Notes under the pieces: model-generated
The model's database searches: none
What the model saw: the letters and a program-made list of their open reading frames with translations, nothing else
What the model was told of the DNA's origin: nothing
Shown here: in pieces, positions 1-12,599 of the stretch
How positions within the stretch are numbered: the first letter of the stretch is position 1
Layout of the letters: each line of letters starts with the position of its first letter
Origin: Octopus vulgaris
Taxonomy: Eukaryota
Length of the DNA: 64,000 bases
Assembly: GCA_951406725.2 (NCBI GenBank)
Contig: OX597823.1
Span: 76,074,001-76,138,000, forward strand
Reading direction: 5' to 3'
Made by a program: the position numbers and the translations under genes

Positions 1-345
1 ACCTCTCTGTGGACGTAGAAACACGTTCACAGCTACTAATTAAACGTCAAGTTAGCTGAAAATCATTTCTACATGAATCCGTCAAAAGTACGTCTTTAAA
101 GGATATGAGTCAGCTTTGATATATACTTGGTGTTCTTGCTGAAGTAATTGTCAGGTAAAATTAATTATTAGCAACAGAAGCAGTATTAACATCAAAAGGT
201 AATATTTATCCTTACCTAAAATTGAATGTTTTGCTAGAACATAGTTACTATGACAGAAAATCTTGTGCTGGCTATCAGTCTATATAAGTAATTTCTTTAC
301 ATCGCTAGCTGGGCGATAAATTACACGCCATCTTAACAGCCGTGA

Positions 346-391
346 CTACCAGATGATGGAGTTTCACCCTTTCTGGACTTTTCAGTGGTAG
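346..391 (-). ncRNA. Degenerate type I hammerhead ribozyme-like motif
   Basis: Minus strand reads CTACCA-CTGAAAA-GTCC agaaa GGGT-GAAA-ctccatca-TC-TGGTAG. The 6-bp stem I and core order are intact, but G8>A and a broken stem III suggest it is inactive. Confidence 0.5.
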
Positions 392-559
392 ACGCTCAGA
401 CGATATAGATAGCAGTGATGTCTCCGCTAGGGATATGCATAGAATCTCAGTGCCTAAACAGGCACCGGTATCGCGAATACCCAGCGTCCATTATATGTGA
501 GTGTGTGTGTGCGTGCGTGTAAAGAGGGAAAGAGAGAAGCACATAGATAAATAAATAAA

Positions 560-596
560 TGGATAGATAGAGAGAGAGAGAGAGACAGACAGACAC

Positions 597-669
<73 letters not shown>

Positions 670-680
670 TAGACAGATAT

Positions 681-737
<57 letters not shown>

Positions 738-890
738 AACAGATAGATAGAAAGATGGATGGACAAACTGACGGACAAACAGACAGACAGATAGATACAT
801 AAATACATACATACCTACCTACCTACATACATACATACATACATACATACATACATACATACATACATACATACATACATACATACATAG
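560..890. repeat. Compound microsatellite (GA)n/(GATA)n/(GACA)n/(TACA)n
   Basis: Seen directly; explains the YLSI and MYVC ORFs. Confidence 0.97.
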
Positions 891-1048
891 ATGCTGAATA
901 ATCTAAAGTATGGTAGGAAACTCGTTGTGTTTTGCTTCTTCGATATAACCTTCACCACCGAAAGCAAAAGGAGGAGAAAATACACAAAATTGATTTGTAA
1001 CATATATATGGATATATATATATATATATATATAATTCTCTTTCTCTT

Positions 1049-1082
<34 letters not shown>

Positions 1083-1155
1083 TGTATGTATGTATGTATG
1101 TATGTATGTTTGTATATATGTATATATACATACATACATATATATATATATATAA

Positions 1156-2345
1156 TGTTCGTCCTACGAGTTTGAAGATGACCATTGACGTCATTTGGTG
1201 GAATCGCTGCTACGAGACCAGAGGTGACTGGTGAGGCCAATCCGGGCAAGAAAGCTCCTTCCACAGGTGAGGCAGAAGTGGGTAGGGGCTGTGCTATTGT
1301 TGCAGGTGGCTCTGGCTTTCCGCATCTGGCGTTTCTGTTCTGCTGACTGAATCCGTCTCTCCTCGGCTGCAGTTGCTCCTGTGTTGATTGCTAGGATGAG
1401 CGGTCGGCAGCAAGTGTCTCCCAAGTCTCTGTGCTGATGGAGAAGTCTTTGAGAGAGACTTTGAGACTGTCCTTGAAGCGCTTCTTCTGCCCTCCGACTT
1501 TGCGTTTGCCCTGGCTGAGTTCACCGTAGAAAAGCTGCTTTGCGATGCGAGTGTCGGACATGCGGGAGACGTGGCCTGCTCATCTCAGCTGGGCCTTGAG
1601 AAAGTGAGCACCTTTGTTCGTTTTCTTTCTTTGTTTCGACCGCTTGGAAAGTATCCCCGCCAGCCGCGGTTTGCTGACCAGGGTGAGGTGAGGCTGGCTA
1701 TGTTTAGGGCAACCTTTTCTAGCCCCGTCCTCATGCTGCGGAGGCGAGCAGAGCGATCCTGAAGAGGGCTGCTCGGTCTCTCAGGTGGCTGCCGGACTCC
1801 ACTGCTGCCTCAGTTCAGTGAGGGGTGACCACATATCCTGAGCCGCCTGTGTGTGGGTTCACGACTGTAGCTCCCAGTGTATCCTCACCTGCTACTTCGC
1901 CGTTTCCCCATCACCACAGGACTTTGTGATGTTGGTGTCATCATGTCATGACGTGCGCGTGACTTGGATTATAGTGAGGGTGACTTGCGCAGGATCAGCC
2001 TCACTCTCTCGTCCTGGTGCGCCGGATCCAGTGGCAAGACAAAGTCAAGACGGCTGGAGGTAGACCAGGATGCAGGAGCTGCCGGAAGGTGGCCCGCATG
2101 GCGCAATCCAACCGCCTTAGGGGCTCCACCCCGGATTTATGTAGGTTTTTGGATGGCCATTGACTCATGAGAGAGTTCCTCTGCCCTTTGACAGGTTTTG
2201 TTTTTAGTCCTGCTGGGTGTCCAAATCACCCTCCTCACCAAGAAATCTTGGTGGGGTTGCCAGTTTAGTCGCCAACGACCCGACCATGTAACAGGTTGTA
2301 CTGGGTTATATGTTACCAGTAGCTCCAAGCGGAGACCTGACACGA
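1156..2345 (-). mobile_element. Internally deleted RTE-clade LINE (5' UTR joined to the 3' end of the ORF)
   Basis: Minus-strand translation near 1200-1600 gives [45 protein letters not shown] and CLTCGRSFLARIGLTSH, typical of RTE C-termini. The 3' end GTCATCTTCAAACTCGTAGGACGAAC runs into (TA)n. About 700 bp of GC-rich UTR-like sequence lies upstream, and EN/RT are absent. Confidence 0.85.
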
Positions 2346-2350
2346 TATAT

Positions 2351-2518
2351 ATGAAGCAGGGAGAAAGAGTGAGAAAATGCTGTGGTGAAAGAGTACATCA
2401 GGGTCACCCCCTGCTCCCTGTCGGCGCTACGTGGATCTTTAGATGTTTACACTCAATAAACGCTCAGTCTGGGAATCGAAACCGATGCTCTAACCGCTGG
2501 GCCATTGCACCTTCACAC
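2351..2518 (-). mobile_element. Truncated tRNA-derived SINE (same family as 39673-39985)
   Basis: Minus strand has A-box TGGCCCAGCGG and B-box GGTTTCGATTCCC; shares sequence with the 39.7 kb copy. Confidence 0.75.
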
Positions 2519-2561
2519 ACATATACATATATACATTCATTACATATATAGGTTAGAAATA

Positions 2562-2872
2562 TAAATATAACAACAATTAAGGGTTTAGCAACAAGTTGCT
2601 TCACCACATACCAAAAATTTAGTAATAGCAACCAAAAGAACGCTATTTCTTTTTCCTACAACTAACAATATTTGTAACTCACATAGGTAAAAAGATAATT
2701 AATCGAAGACTATTTGATCTCATCATTTTTCTTCTTTTTACCTATGTGAGTTACAAATATTGTTATCTGTGGATACATACTTTGTAGGAAAAAGAAATAG
2801 CGTTCTTTTGGCTGCTATTTCTAAATTTTCGGTATGTGGGGAAGCAACTTTAATCTAGACCCTTAATTATTG

Positions 2873-2880
<8 letters not shown>
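2562..2880. repeat. Fold-back element: ~135-145 bp inverted arms with a ~37-nt spacer, in TA-rich flanks
   Basis: 2562-2695 is the reverse complement of 2733-2880 (e.g. CCAAAAGAACGCTATTTCTTTTTCCTACA / TGTAGGAAAAAGAAATAGCGTTCTTTTGG). Confidence 0.9.
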
Positions 2881-2957
<77 letters not shown>

Positions 2958-2980
2958 ACTTCTGACAGAAAATTTTTAAA

Positions 2981-3385
2981 GGCGCAGGAGTAGCTGTGTG
3001 GTAAGTAGCTTGCTAACCAACTACAAGGTTCCGGGTTCAGCCCCACTGCGTGGCATCTTGGGCAAGTGTCTTCTGCTATAGTCCCGGACCGACCAATGCC
3101 TTGTGAGTGAATTTGGTAGACGGAAACTTAAAGAAGCCTGTCGTATATAGGTATATATATGTGTGTGTATGTGTTTGTGTGTCTGTGTTTGTCCCCCTAG
3201 CATTGCTTAACAACCGATGCTGGTGTGTTTACGTCCCCGTCACTTAGCGGTTCGGCAAAAGAGACCGATAGAATAAGTACTGGGCTTACAAAGGATAAGT
3301 CCCGGGGTCAATTTGCTCGACTAAAAGGCGGTACTCCAGCATGGCCGCAGTCAAATGACTGAATCAAGTAAAAGAGTAAATGAGT
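2981..3385 (+). mobile_element. tRNA-derived SINE, family 1 (full length)
   Basis: Head GGCGCAGGAGTAGCTGTGTGG...GGTTCAGCCCC, internal (TA/TG)n linker, and (GAGTAAAA)-type tail. At least 7 homologous copies occur in the window. Confidence 0.9.
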
Positions 3386-3389
3386 ATAT

Positions 3390-5516
3390 ACATAGTCAAT
3401 TCAAAAAGAGAGAAATACGTCGGACGTGGCACAAGCATTGCATTAAGAAGACGCTTAGAGAAGAAAAAGAGTATACGTTTTACGTTTCAAGTCCAAGATG
3501 GAACAGGAAAAATTCGGCAACAATCACATGCGGTAAAATTTTTCAAGTGACCGGCGGTAGGAATTAAGAGAAAGTGCTTTCTGGAACAATAGAGTCCGAA
3601 AACGGTCACAACCTGCATGTGCGTGCGCGAGTATGTGTGTGTGTGGCAATGAGTGGTATGTCTGGTAGCGTGTGTATGTGTGATAGTTTGTGTATGTTGC
3701 AGCAGCTCCGTGTGTGTGAGTATGTGCTTGAGAGCGTGTGTGCGCTTGGTTGTAACTGTGTGTGTGCTGCGTATTCGTAAGGTAGCGTGTGATAGTGTGG
3801 GCATGGTGGCGAGCTGGCAGAAACGTTAGCACGCCGGGCAAAATGCGTAGCCGTTACGATGTGAGTTCAAATTCCGCCGAGGTCGACTTTGCCTTTCATC
3901 CTTTCGGGGTCGATGAATTAAGTACTAGTTACGCACTGGGGTCGTTGTAATCGACTTAATACCTATGTCCCCTCTATGTTTAGCCCCTTGTGGGTAATAA
4001 AGAAATAAGTATTAACTGTGCTTGTGATTTTATTTGTGCGCGTAGTCTGTGCGTGTGTATGGTAGGATTTGTATGCGTGTGAGTGTTTATGTCACTCGGA
4101 GAGATGAGCAGCAATAGTGACAGGTGTGTGAATGGGTGGGTGTGACAGTGCGTGTGTGTGCGTAGATCGAAGGTTTAGTAGTGGGTCAGAGGCAACCAGA
4201 GGAGAGTGTGAGAATGTGTGGGTGTGGTTGTAGACAGGTGAGAAGTGTGTTGAATGCGTTGTTGTACACATTAATGTCAGTATTATGTGCGCGTGCTAGT
4301 TTGTGTGTGTGTGTGTGTGTGCGTGTATGTGCGCGCGCCTTTGTGTGAGAGCGCGTGTGGATGAGTGTATGTGTGTGTGTGTGTGTGTGTACGCGCAGAT
4401 GCGTGTGTGATGTGTGGTATAGGAATAGAAAAACTAAGGAATGATACAAATATATTGTGAAAAATAGAAATAATACAAATAATCCATAAGATATTAACAA
4501 ATAAATAATGAAAAATAAAAATTATTAATACTAAAAAATTAAAGGATTAAGTGAATCCGGTAGCCAAAATAGGATCAGTAACAGAAAGAAATAAAAATCA
4601 TAAAAAATTATTATTTTAATAAAATATAAAAAAATTATTTTTAAAAAATTTGTAATCATTAAATTATTAAAAAATTAAATTAAAATTATAAAAAAAATAT
4701 TAAAATGTAATGTAAAATTAATAATAAAGAATAATTAAAAAGAAATAAAAAATTAATTTAAAAAATAATTATAAAGAAGAATAAAGAAAATAAGTAGTTA
4801 AAAAATGAATGTAAAAGGGGGATGAAAATGTTTGAGTAAAATGGTTTTTAAAAAAGGTGTGCGGGGCAAAGTGACTGAAAGGAGAGGGTTGTGTTGTGTC
4901 CAAAAGAACAAGTTTTTGTATGTAGAATGAAAATGTAACGATGTTACAGGTGGATTCTAGAATTGGTGGATCCATGGTGTAAGGCGAAGCTGAAGACAGT
5001 GAGATCTGAGGTAGAGTAGTCGGCCAAGCGAAAATGACGGGAGACGGGGGTGTGCTTACCAAGACGAACGTCAGGTAGGTGTTCTGTGAACCGGTCTGCT
5101 AGCCGACGGCCCGTCTGATCAACGTAAAGCGTATTGAAAAAATAGTACCGAACGCAGTAAATGAGGCTTGAAGAAGTGCGGGAAAATGAGTTCATAATGT
5201 TGGTGTGCTGGTTGAAAGGACAGGTGTGGCAACGGGGTCTGGGGCAAAGGAAGGTTCCGGGTTGTGTTAGAAAGGATGGCGGAAAGAGCTACGGACCAGT
5301 ATGACATCTATGTAATGGGCGGTTTTGAACGAGAGCAAGGGTAGGTTGGGAAAAATAGGGAGAGTGGTGAGATCTTGCTAGAAGCAACGGAAGGCCCCCA
5401 AGATCGTCCGATGAAGGGGCAGAGTTGAGGGGTAGAAAAGCAGGGGAAAGGAATGCAGCTGGAGGATCGGTGTAGGGAAGAAGACAGGGCGCTATTGTGA
5501 TCGTTTAAACGAAGAC
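3390..5516 (-). mobile_element. 5'-truncated Penelope-like element (GIY-YIG fragment plus long 3' region)
   Basis: ORF 4944-5195 (SLIYCVR..LYVDQTGRRLADRFTEH..PVSRHF) matches the PLE GIY-YIG endonuclease. It is frameshifted and followed by an AT-rich and (CA)n 3' region. The left boundary is approximate. Confidence 0.8.
3804..4009 (+). mobile_element. SINE family 2 (Meta-domain-like core), nested in the PLE 3' region
   Basis: TGGCAGAAACGTTAG...GAGTTCAAATTCC then GTCGACTTTGCCTTTCATCCTTTCGGGGTCGAT. Related copies at 13.6, 14.4, 40.9 and 59.5 kb. Confidence 0.85.
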
Positions 5517-6392
5517 TCATTTGTCATTGAATGCTCGAAATGTGGAATAGGCAGCCGACAACTGATGTAAGAACGTTCTTTGTGTTACTTGTCCTGTTTC
5601 CCATTTTATTCTCTCGCTGTTGGCGTATATATCTCGTTTGTTTTCGTACTTCATGTTGTTTACAGTTGGTGACGTCCTGTACATATATATGCCTATATAC
5701 ATATATTTTATTTATTTATTTATTTTATCTAGCTTCAGCTCACGAGATGTGGCCATGCTGACGTTCGTCTTGGTAAGCACACCTCCGTCTCCCGTCATTT
5801 TCGCTTGGCCGACTACTCTACCTCAGATCTCACTGTCTTCAGCTTCGCCTTACACCATGGATCCACCAATTCTAGAATCCACCTGTAACATCGTTACATT
5901 TTCATTCTACATACAAAAACTTGTTCTTTTGGACACAACACAACCCTCTCCTTTCAGTCACTTTGCCCCGCACACCTTTTTTAAAAACCATTTTACTCAA
6001 ACATTTTCATCCCCCTTTTACATTCATTTTTTAACTACTTATTTTCTTTATTCTTCTTTATAATTATTTTTTAAATTAATTTTTCATTTCTTTTTAATTA
6101 TTCTTTATTATTAATTTTACATTACATTTTAATATTTTTTTTATAATTTTAATTTAATTTTTTAGTAATTTAATGATTACAAATTTTTTTAAAATAATTT
6201 TTTTATATTTTATTAAAATAATAATTTTTTATGATTTTTATTTCTTTCTGTTACTGATCCTATTTCGGCTACCGGATTCACTTAATCCTTTAATTTTTTA
6301 GTATTAATAATTTTTATTTTTCATTATTTATTTGTTAATATCTTATGGATTATTTGTATTATTTCTATTTTTCACAATATATTTGTATCATT

Positions 6393-6397
<5 letters not shown>
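4435..6397. repeat. ~640-bp near-perfect inverted repeat (4435-5074 / 5758-6397)
   Basis: The same peptide (VSTPPSP...FLYSSL) appears on opposite strands in the ORF track; only a handful of mismatches by eye. Confidence 0.96.
5517..5705 (+). mobile_element. Repeat-end fragment (probably PLE-derived) related to 8220-8400
   Basis: Shares the CGAAA...CTGANG...TTGTCCTGT...GTCCTGTAC layout with the minus strand of 8220-8400. Confidence 0.5.
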
Positions 6398-6473
<76 letters not shown>

Positions 6474-6484
6474 TACATATACAT

Positions 6485-6563
<79 letters not shown>

Positions 6564-6640
6564 TAGATATATATAGATATGTAGATATAAATATATTATT
6601 TATGTTATTATTTAATTCAACGTCACGCATCCATTTCCAA

Positions 6641-6684
<44 letters not shown>

Positions 6685-6687
<3 letters not shown>

Positions 6688-7060
6688 GGTCCCGGGTTGA
6701 TTCGGGGTTAACCACAGTAAATAAGGTACTCAATACATAGCAGAGTAAAATTAATTTATTATATAGAATGAGCTTCTACAGGACTAGAACTGTTTCATTC
6801 AAGAGAAATCTTCAGGAAGCTAGTTAACAAGAATTGTATTGGCATTTATACATTTAGGCAGGTTTAAAGGGGTGTTGGTGGGGGACTTTTGGGGGTAGGC
6901 ATAGCGCAAAATATCATACTTGGGGGAGTGGTCAGGGAGTCAGTGTTAAATTAGATAGAAGAATAAATAAAAAAATAAAAAAATAATAAAAAATAAAAAT
7001 ATATATATATATAAAAAAAGGGGGAGTAGAGTGTTAGGTAAATAAGGAGATTCTCACTTA
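6685..7060 (-). mobile_element. Probable PLE 3'/pLTR fragment carrying the hammerhead
   Basis: Unique-sequence island between (TA)n tracts that contains the ribozyme. PLE termini are known to carry hammerheads. Confidence 0.55.
6771..6821 (-). ncRNA. Type I hammerhead ribozyme
   Basis: Minus strand: AGCTTC-CTGAAGA-tTTC tctt GAAt-GAAA-CAG ttctagtc CTG-TA-GAAGCT. Full core, 6-bp stem I, stem III closed, GUA cleavage triplet. The first pair of stem II is U-U. Confidence 0.82.
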
Positions 7061-8097
7061 TACCTATGCACATATGTATACATATATACACACACATACA
7101 AACATATATACATATACATACACACATACATACACACACATATATATACATATATATACACTTACACATACATATACATATCTACACATACACATATATG
7201 TATACATACACACACTCACATGCATACACGTATACACACATGTATATATACACACACGACCACACATACATATACACACAGAAAAATATATATACACATA
7301 CACACACATACTCACATACACGCATACACACACATATCCACAAACACGCATGCACACACAGCACACTAGTCCCTATATACACATATATACACATACACAC
7401 ATATATACATACACACACATACATATACATACATATATATATATATATATACATATGTGTACCTATGCATACCTACACATACACACATATATATATACAC
7501 ATACAAATACAGACCCATTCCCTAATTTTAATTTTATTATCTTCGTTTATTACTTTTGTTATCTTTGGCCGCTTGGTCACAAACATCTTGGCTATGACAG
7601 CCAGTCCATATATCTGTCTACTGGAAAACAAGCACTCATTCACTCACGCACACTCTTTAGCACGTACACTCACTCATTCGTACACTCATACACATACACG
7701 CACGCACGCGTTATATTCATACATACATACATCTACATACATTCACGTATATACACATGCGTACGCGTACCTACAGATTCATGTCTACACTCTTAGAAGG
7801 CTAGTCTATACATATACACCAATAAATATAAATACATACGCATACATATACACCTACATACAAATACATACATGTATATATATATATACATATATATTCA
7901 CATATTTATACACATATAATATATATATATATATACATGTATATACACACATACACACATATACATATATATACACACATACACATACATACATATACAC
8001 ACATACACATACATACGTATACATACATACATACATCCAAACATCCATACATACATACATTTATACACATACACACACCCAGATACATACATATATA

Positions 8098-8145
<48 letters not shown>

Positions 8146-8396
8146 AATAAAATATATGCATATATATAAACATATATGTACGTACCTACCTCTACATGTA
8201 CATATACACGCATATATGTGTACAGGACACCAAAAAGACGTCGAACACATAGAGAGACGAAAAACATAGACACAAACCAAGGAACAAGACAGGCAAAAAA
8301 AAAAAAAAAAAAAAAAAAAAGGAGATACAGGACAATAAGCACAACGAAAAATCCCCTTCTTCAGTCGCTAAAGTTTCATCTACTAAACGTTTCGAA

Positions 8397-8457
<61 letters not shown>

Positions 8458-8831
8458 TACACACACATACATATACATACATACATATACAAATATACGC
8501 ACACACATACATACATACTCATATACACATACACGCACATACACATGTACATGCGTACCCATACACACACACACACGCGCGCGCATCCATATATACACAT
8601 AAGTACACACATGCGTAAAAGTATACATATATCTATGCTTACACATACACACACACACGCGCGCCTCCTTATATTCATACTTACATGCATACTCAAAAAA
8701 TAAGTAAATAGTAAAATATATATACGCGCAGTTATTCATACATGCATACTCAAAAAATAAATAATAAATATTAAGTATATGTACGTGCAGTTACCTATTA
8801 TATAGACGGATACATACATATAAACTTACAC

Positions 8832-8877
<46 letters not shown>

Positions 8878-9172
8878 CACATATACACATATATATACAT
8901 ATACATATATACACATATATATATACACACACACACATACACATATATATATATACATACTTACACACATGTACAAATATATACACACATAGATAACTCT
9001 ACGTACCTACATATACATAAACACACGAGCGTACGCGTATATGTACATATACACATACACATACACACGCATATATATACATACACACATACACATACAC
9101 ACATATATACACACACACATACACACATATATACACACACACATATACACATATATATATATATACATATAT

Positions 9173-9220
<48 letters not shown>

Positions 9221-9464
9221 ACACACATATACATGTGTGCAAACATACATACATACTCATACAAGCACACACACTTACATTTACATATATACACACACTT
9301 ACACACATATATACATACACATATACATACATACATACATACATATATGCATACATACACACACACATATATATATATATATATACATACACATACACAT
9401 ACTTATACATATATATACACACATATATATACACATGCACATACTTATATCTCTACATACTCGC

Positions 9465-9511
<47 letters not shown>

Positions 9512-9643
9512 CACACACATACATATACCTATATACATGTATATATACACTTACATATATATATATATATATATATATACATAAATACATACATACATGT
9601 AGATGGATATGAGTGAATGAATATATGTCTGTGTAATATGTAT

Positions 9644-9694
<51 letters not shown>

Positions 9695-9700
9695 GTAGAT
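7060..9700. repeat. Extended low-complexity (TA)/(CA)/(TACA) region with small unique islands
   Basis: Seen directly; source of the long H/T/Y/I and V/C/M/Y ORFs. Confidence 0.95.
8220..8400 (-). mobile_element. Repeat-end fragment with permuted hammerhead-core motifs
   Basis: Minus strand ATCCTTC-GAAACG...CTGAAGA-AGGGGAT; layout homologous to 5517-5705. Confidence 0.5.
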
Positions 9701-12599
9701 ATACATGAACGTATATGCGTGGAGAGGGGCACTTACGTTTGTATTTTGTGTGCCTGGCGCGTGTGCGAATGTGTCTGTGTGTGTATATCGAACGGATTAT
9801 TCTATATTCTTTATATCCGGTATATAATTTTTGTTTATCTAATTTCGCATTCATTGTCATATTCTTAAGAATATTTCATGATTATTTGCAAACAACGTAC
9901 AGCTAAGTTCAAATATTTTACTGAAAGTTTTCTTTATCATATATAATATTCAGCACACCTTATTTTAGTATGCCGTCTGTCTGTAACTGAAAGCACACAG
10001 CGAGCAATAATAATATTAAATTGGGCTTCACATTTTGCTTATAATATATCTTAGTCTGTATTTATGCTTACAGAAATGATACCTAGTTTGAGAATGTAAT
10101 CTTCAAACATCTGTGCATGAAATAAAAAGAAATACCACAAAATGAAGCACAGCAATATAGATGTCTGAGGTATCGGAGAAAACAGCAGGCACATGCAGTT
10201 TTTGAACTGTGTCAAAACCTTAACTAGCCAAATGTGTTGAATAGGAATAAGCAGAGTTACTGGTTAGGGAGAATGGGTGGAAAAGAAAATGCATTGGCAA
10301 TAGTCTCTGAAGACATTAAATACTTGGAAACTATCCAAAGAAAAACAGAGATAAAAAAAATAATCTCTCATCTTTTGCATACATACGTACTCACATATAC
10401 ACAAAAACACAAACACAAACATACACATACATGGATACCTTCATATAGGTCTACATAATTTACGACACATGCATGTATATATGTATGTAAATGTATGCAG
10501 GCATATATGTGTACGAGAGAGAGAGAGAGAGCGAAAATATAGACAGAAAGGAAGAAAGAAAGAAAAAAGAAAGAAAGATTAAAAGAAAGAAGGAAGAGAC
10601 AGAGACAGAGAAATCTAGCAAAAACTGCCGGAGGACATTTTCATTGCTGTTGTCGGAACATTGCCAGCATGACGCCATTGAAGGTTTCATCATTCTTTAA
10701 ATTATATTTCAGTATTCACTGTTTGTTTATTGTAAGGAATGAGATATAATGTGATAGGAAGAGGGAAAGATACATTGATAGAATGGAAGGAAGAGTTTGT
10801 GTGAAACTCTGGGAGAGAGAGAGCGTTGAAAAGAAAAGCCTAAACTGCAATGAGAGGAATGTAATGTATGAAAATGCAGAATGAAACGAAGTCTATAGGA
10901 GAAAGTATGCGACAAAACACACAAATAAAGGAATACACATTTAATTTTTTTATTCTCCCAAAACAAGAGGACTGGGTGTTTAAAATATTAGAAAACCGCC
11001 TGAGCTCAGCTATAGCTTCGCTTTGTAAATATGTAATTCCGATCCTACTGTAAGGTTCCATATGTAAGTATATTCTACCATAGCCTTCGCCGAGCAAATT
11101 CTCGCAAATGAAACAACTGTGTAAAACCTCGGTGAAGTGACCGTTCTTATTCTTGGGTGGTAAATTTAAACCTTTTTGCCTTGTTTAACACCTGAAACTG
11201 GTTGCCTTTAGCCAGTCCCATTCATTAGTATGATAACTTACGCTTTTCCTATTTGATTAAAGCATTATAATCAACATTGATTTTACAAATTTGAATTGAG
11301 GATGGTGCTGAAGCAAATATTTCCTTGTTGAAAGCCATTACAGTGAATATTACATGTCGAAATTTCAGAAGAAAACCGGCAGATTGTTGTCGTCGTTTAG
11401 CTCCATATCATCCTTGAAGTAGTAGATTTATGATCACAGACGTTCCCGCTATGACCGCTTCGTGTTGTTGTATATCAAAGAATGCATTATCCAATGATTA
11501 CTTTGCATTTCTCATAATGTTTCAAAACGGTTTGTTTTAAAGAACATTTGAGCATTAATGTGATCGTGTGGCAGCTCTACTTTGTCTCATCAGATTCCTG
11601 AACTAACAGCTAATAGATGGTTTAATATCTTCATCATATGAAGAGAACTTGGCCTAGAGTGCACTTCATTAAAAGCAACAAAGAGCCTGGTGTGGGGGTT
11701 AAAACATAGTGACGAAATAGCAGTCTATGATATACGCAATGCCACTAAGGTCCAACCTAATAATAATTAATGACTTAATCCACTTTACTGTGAAGTTAGA
11801 TTAGAAAGTAGATAGCTTAGTGCAACAGGCAAAGCTAATAAACACTTAATTAGCTGTCATTTTAGGTTAAAATCGACCTCTCTGTATATCATACTTATTA
11901 ACGGGAACTACCAGGTAATTGAAATCTTCAGTGGCCATGGTTTCAGGAAGTCACTGATGCTTTAACTCACTCGAGAAATTTTGATATTATTACTGCTGTA
12001 TATTCTAGGTCGAGCAGACCTATTTTTAAAAGCATTTCTTTTGAAGTACACTTACGTATCTGAATATGAAGAGTTAGGGTGTGATTTGTGAGTGACAGGG
12101 CTGCTATATCTAGATTGATCGCTGCAGAAAACATTGCTGATTTGTAGCAGAGTTGATAAGATAATGATGGCCTGGCAAATGAATTCTAAATTTATAATCC
12201 ATCGCATATATGCCTTTGTGCGCTGAGAAAGGTAATTCTATTTAATTTACATAACAAAACTAGTGATGCGTAAATATTATAACTAAATGATTCAAAGAAA
12301 GTGGAAACCAGTTCCTGGTAGAAAGATTTAGCCTCCGGGGTTTGAAGTTTTAAGATGTTATGTCAAATAGATATTAAGAAACTGTTTAAGGTAACTAAAT
12401 GTTTGGTTTTAAAATTATTCTTCATAATATTCTGTTTGTTAACATAAAATAATCTATTTTTTGCTGAGAGAAACACAGACATACAACCAAGCATATATAG
12501 ATACAGAGTTAAGCCACTGGTGATTAAAAACAAAAAATGCTAATTTTATATTATTTATAAATTAAGTTTGTGTTTCACTCTATGTGTTCGTCTGTTATG

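Noticed and set aside
3470-3500. Hammerhead at the PLE 3' end (minus GAAACGTA)
   Set aside because: Only the second half is present; CTGANGA and stem II are missing.
7066-8169. 367-aa H/T/Y/I-rich ORF and similar long ORFs (9041-9616, 38127-38594, 42815-43453)
   Set aside because: Translations of dinucleotide and tetranucleotide microsatellites, open in several frames; no protein signal.
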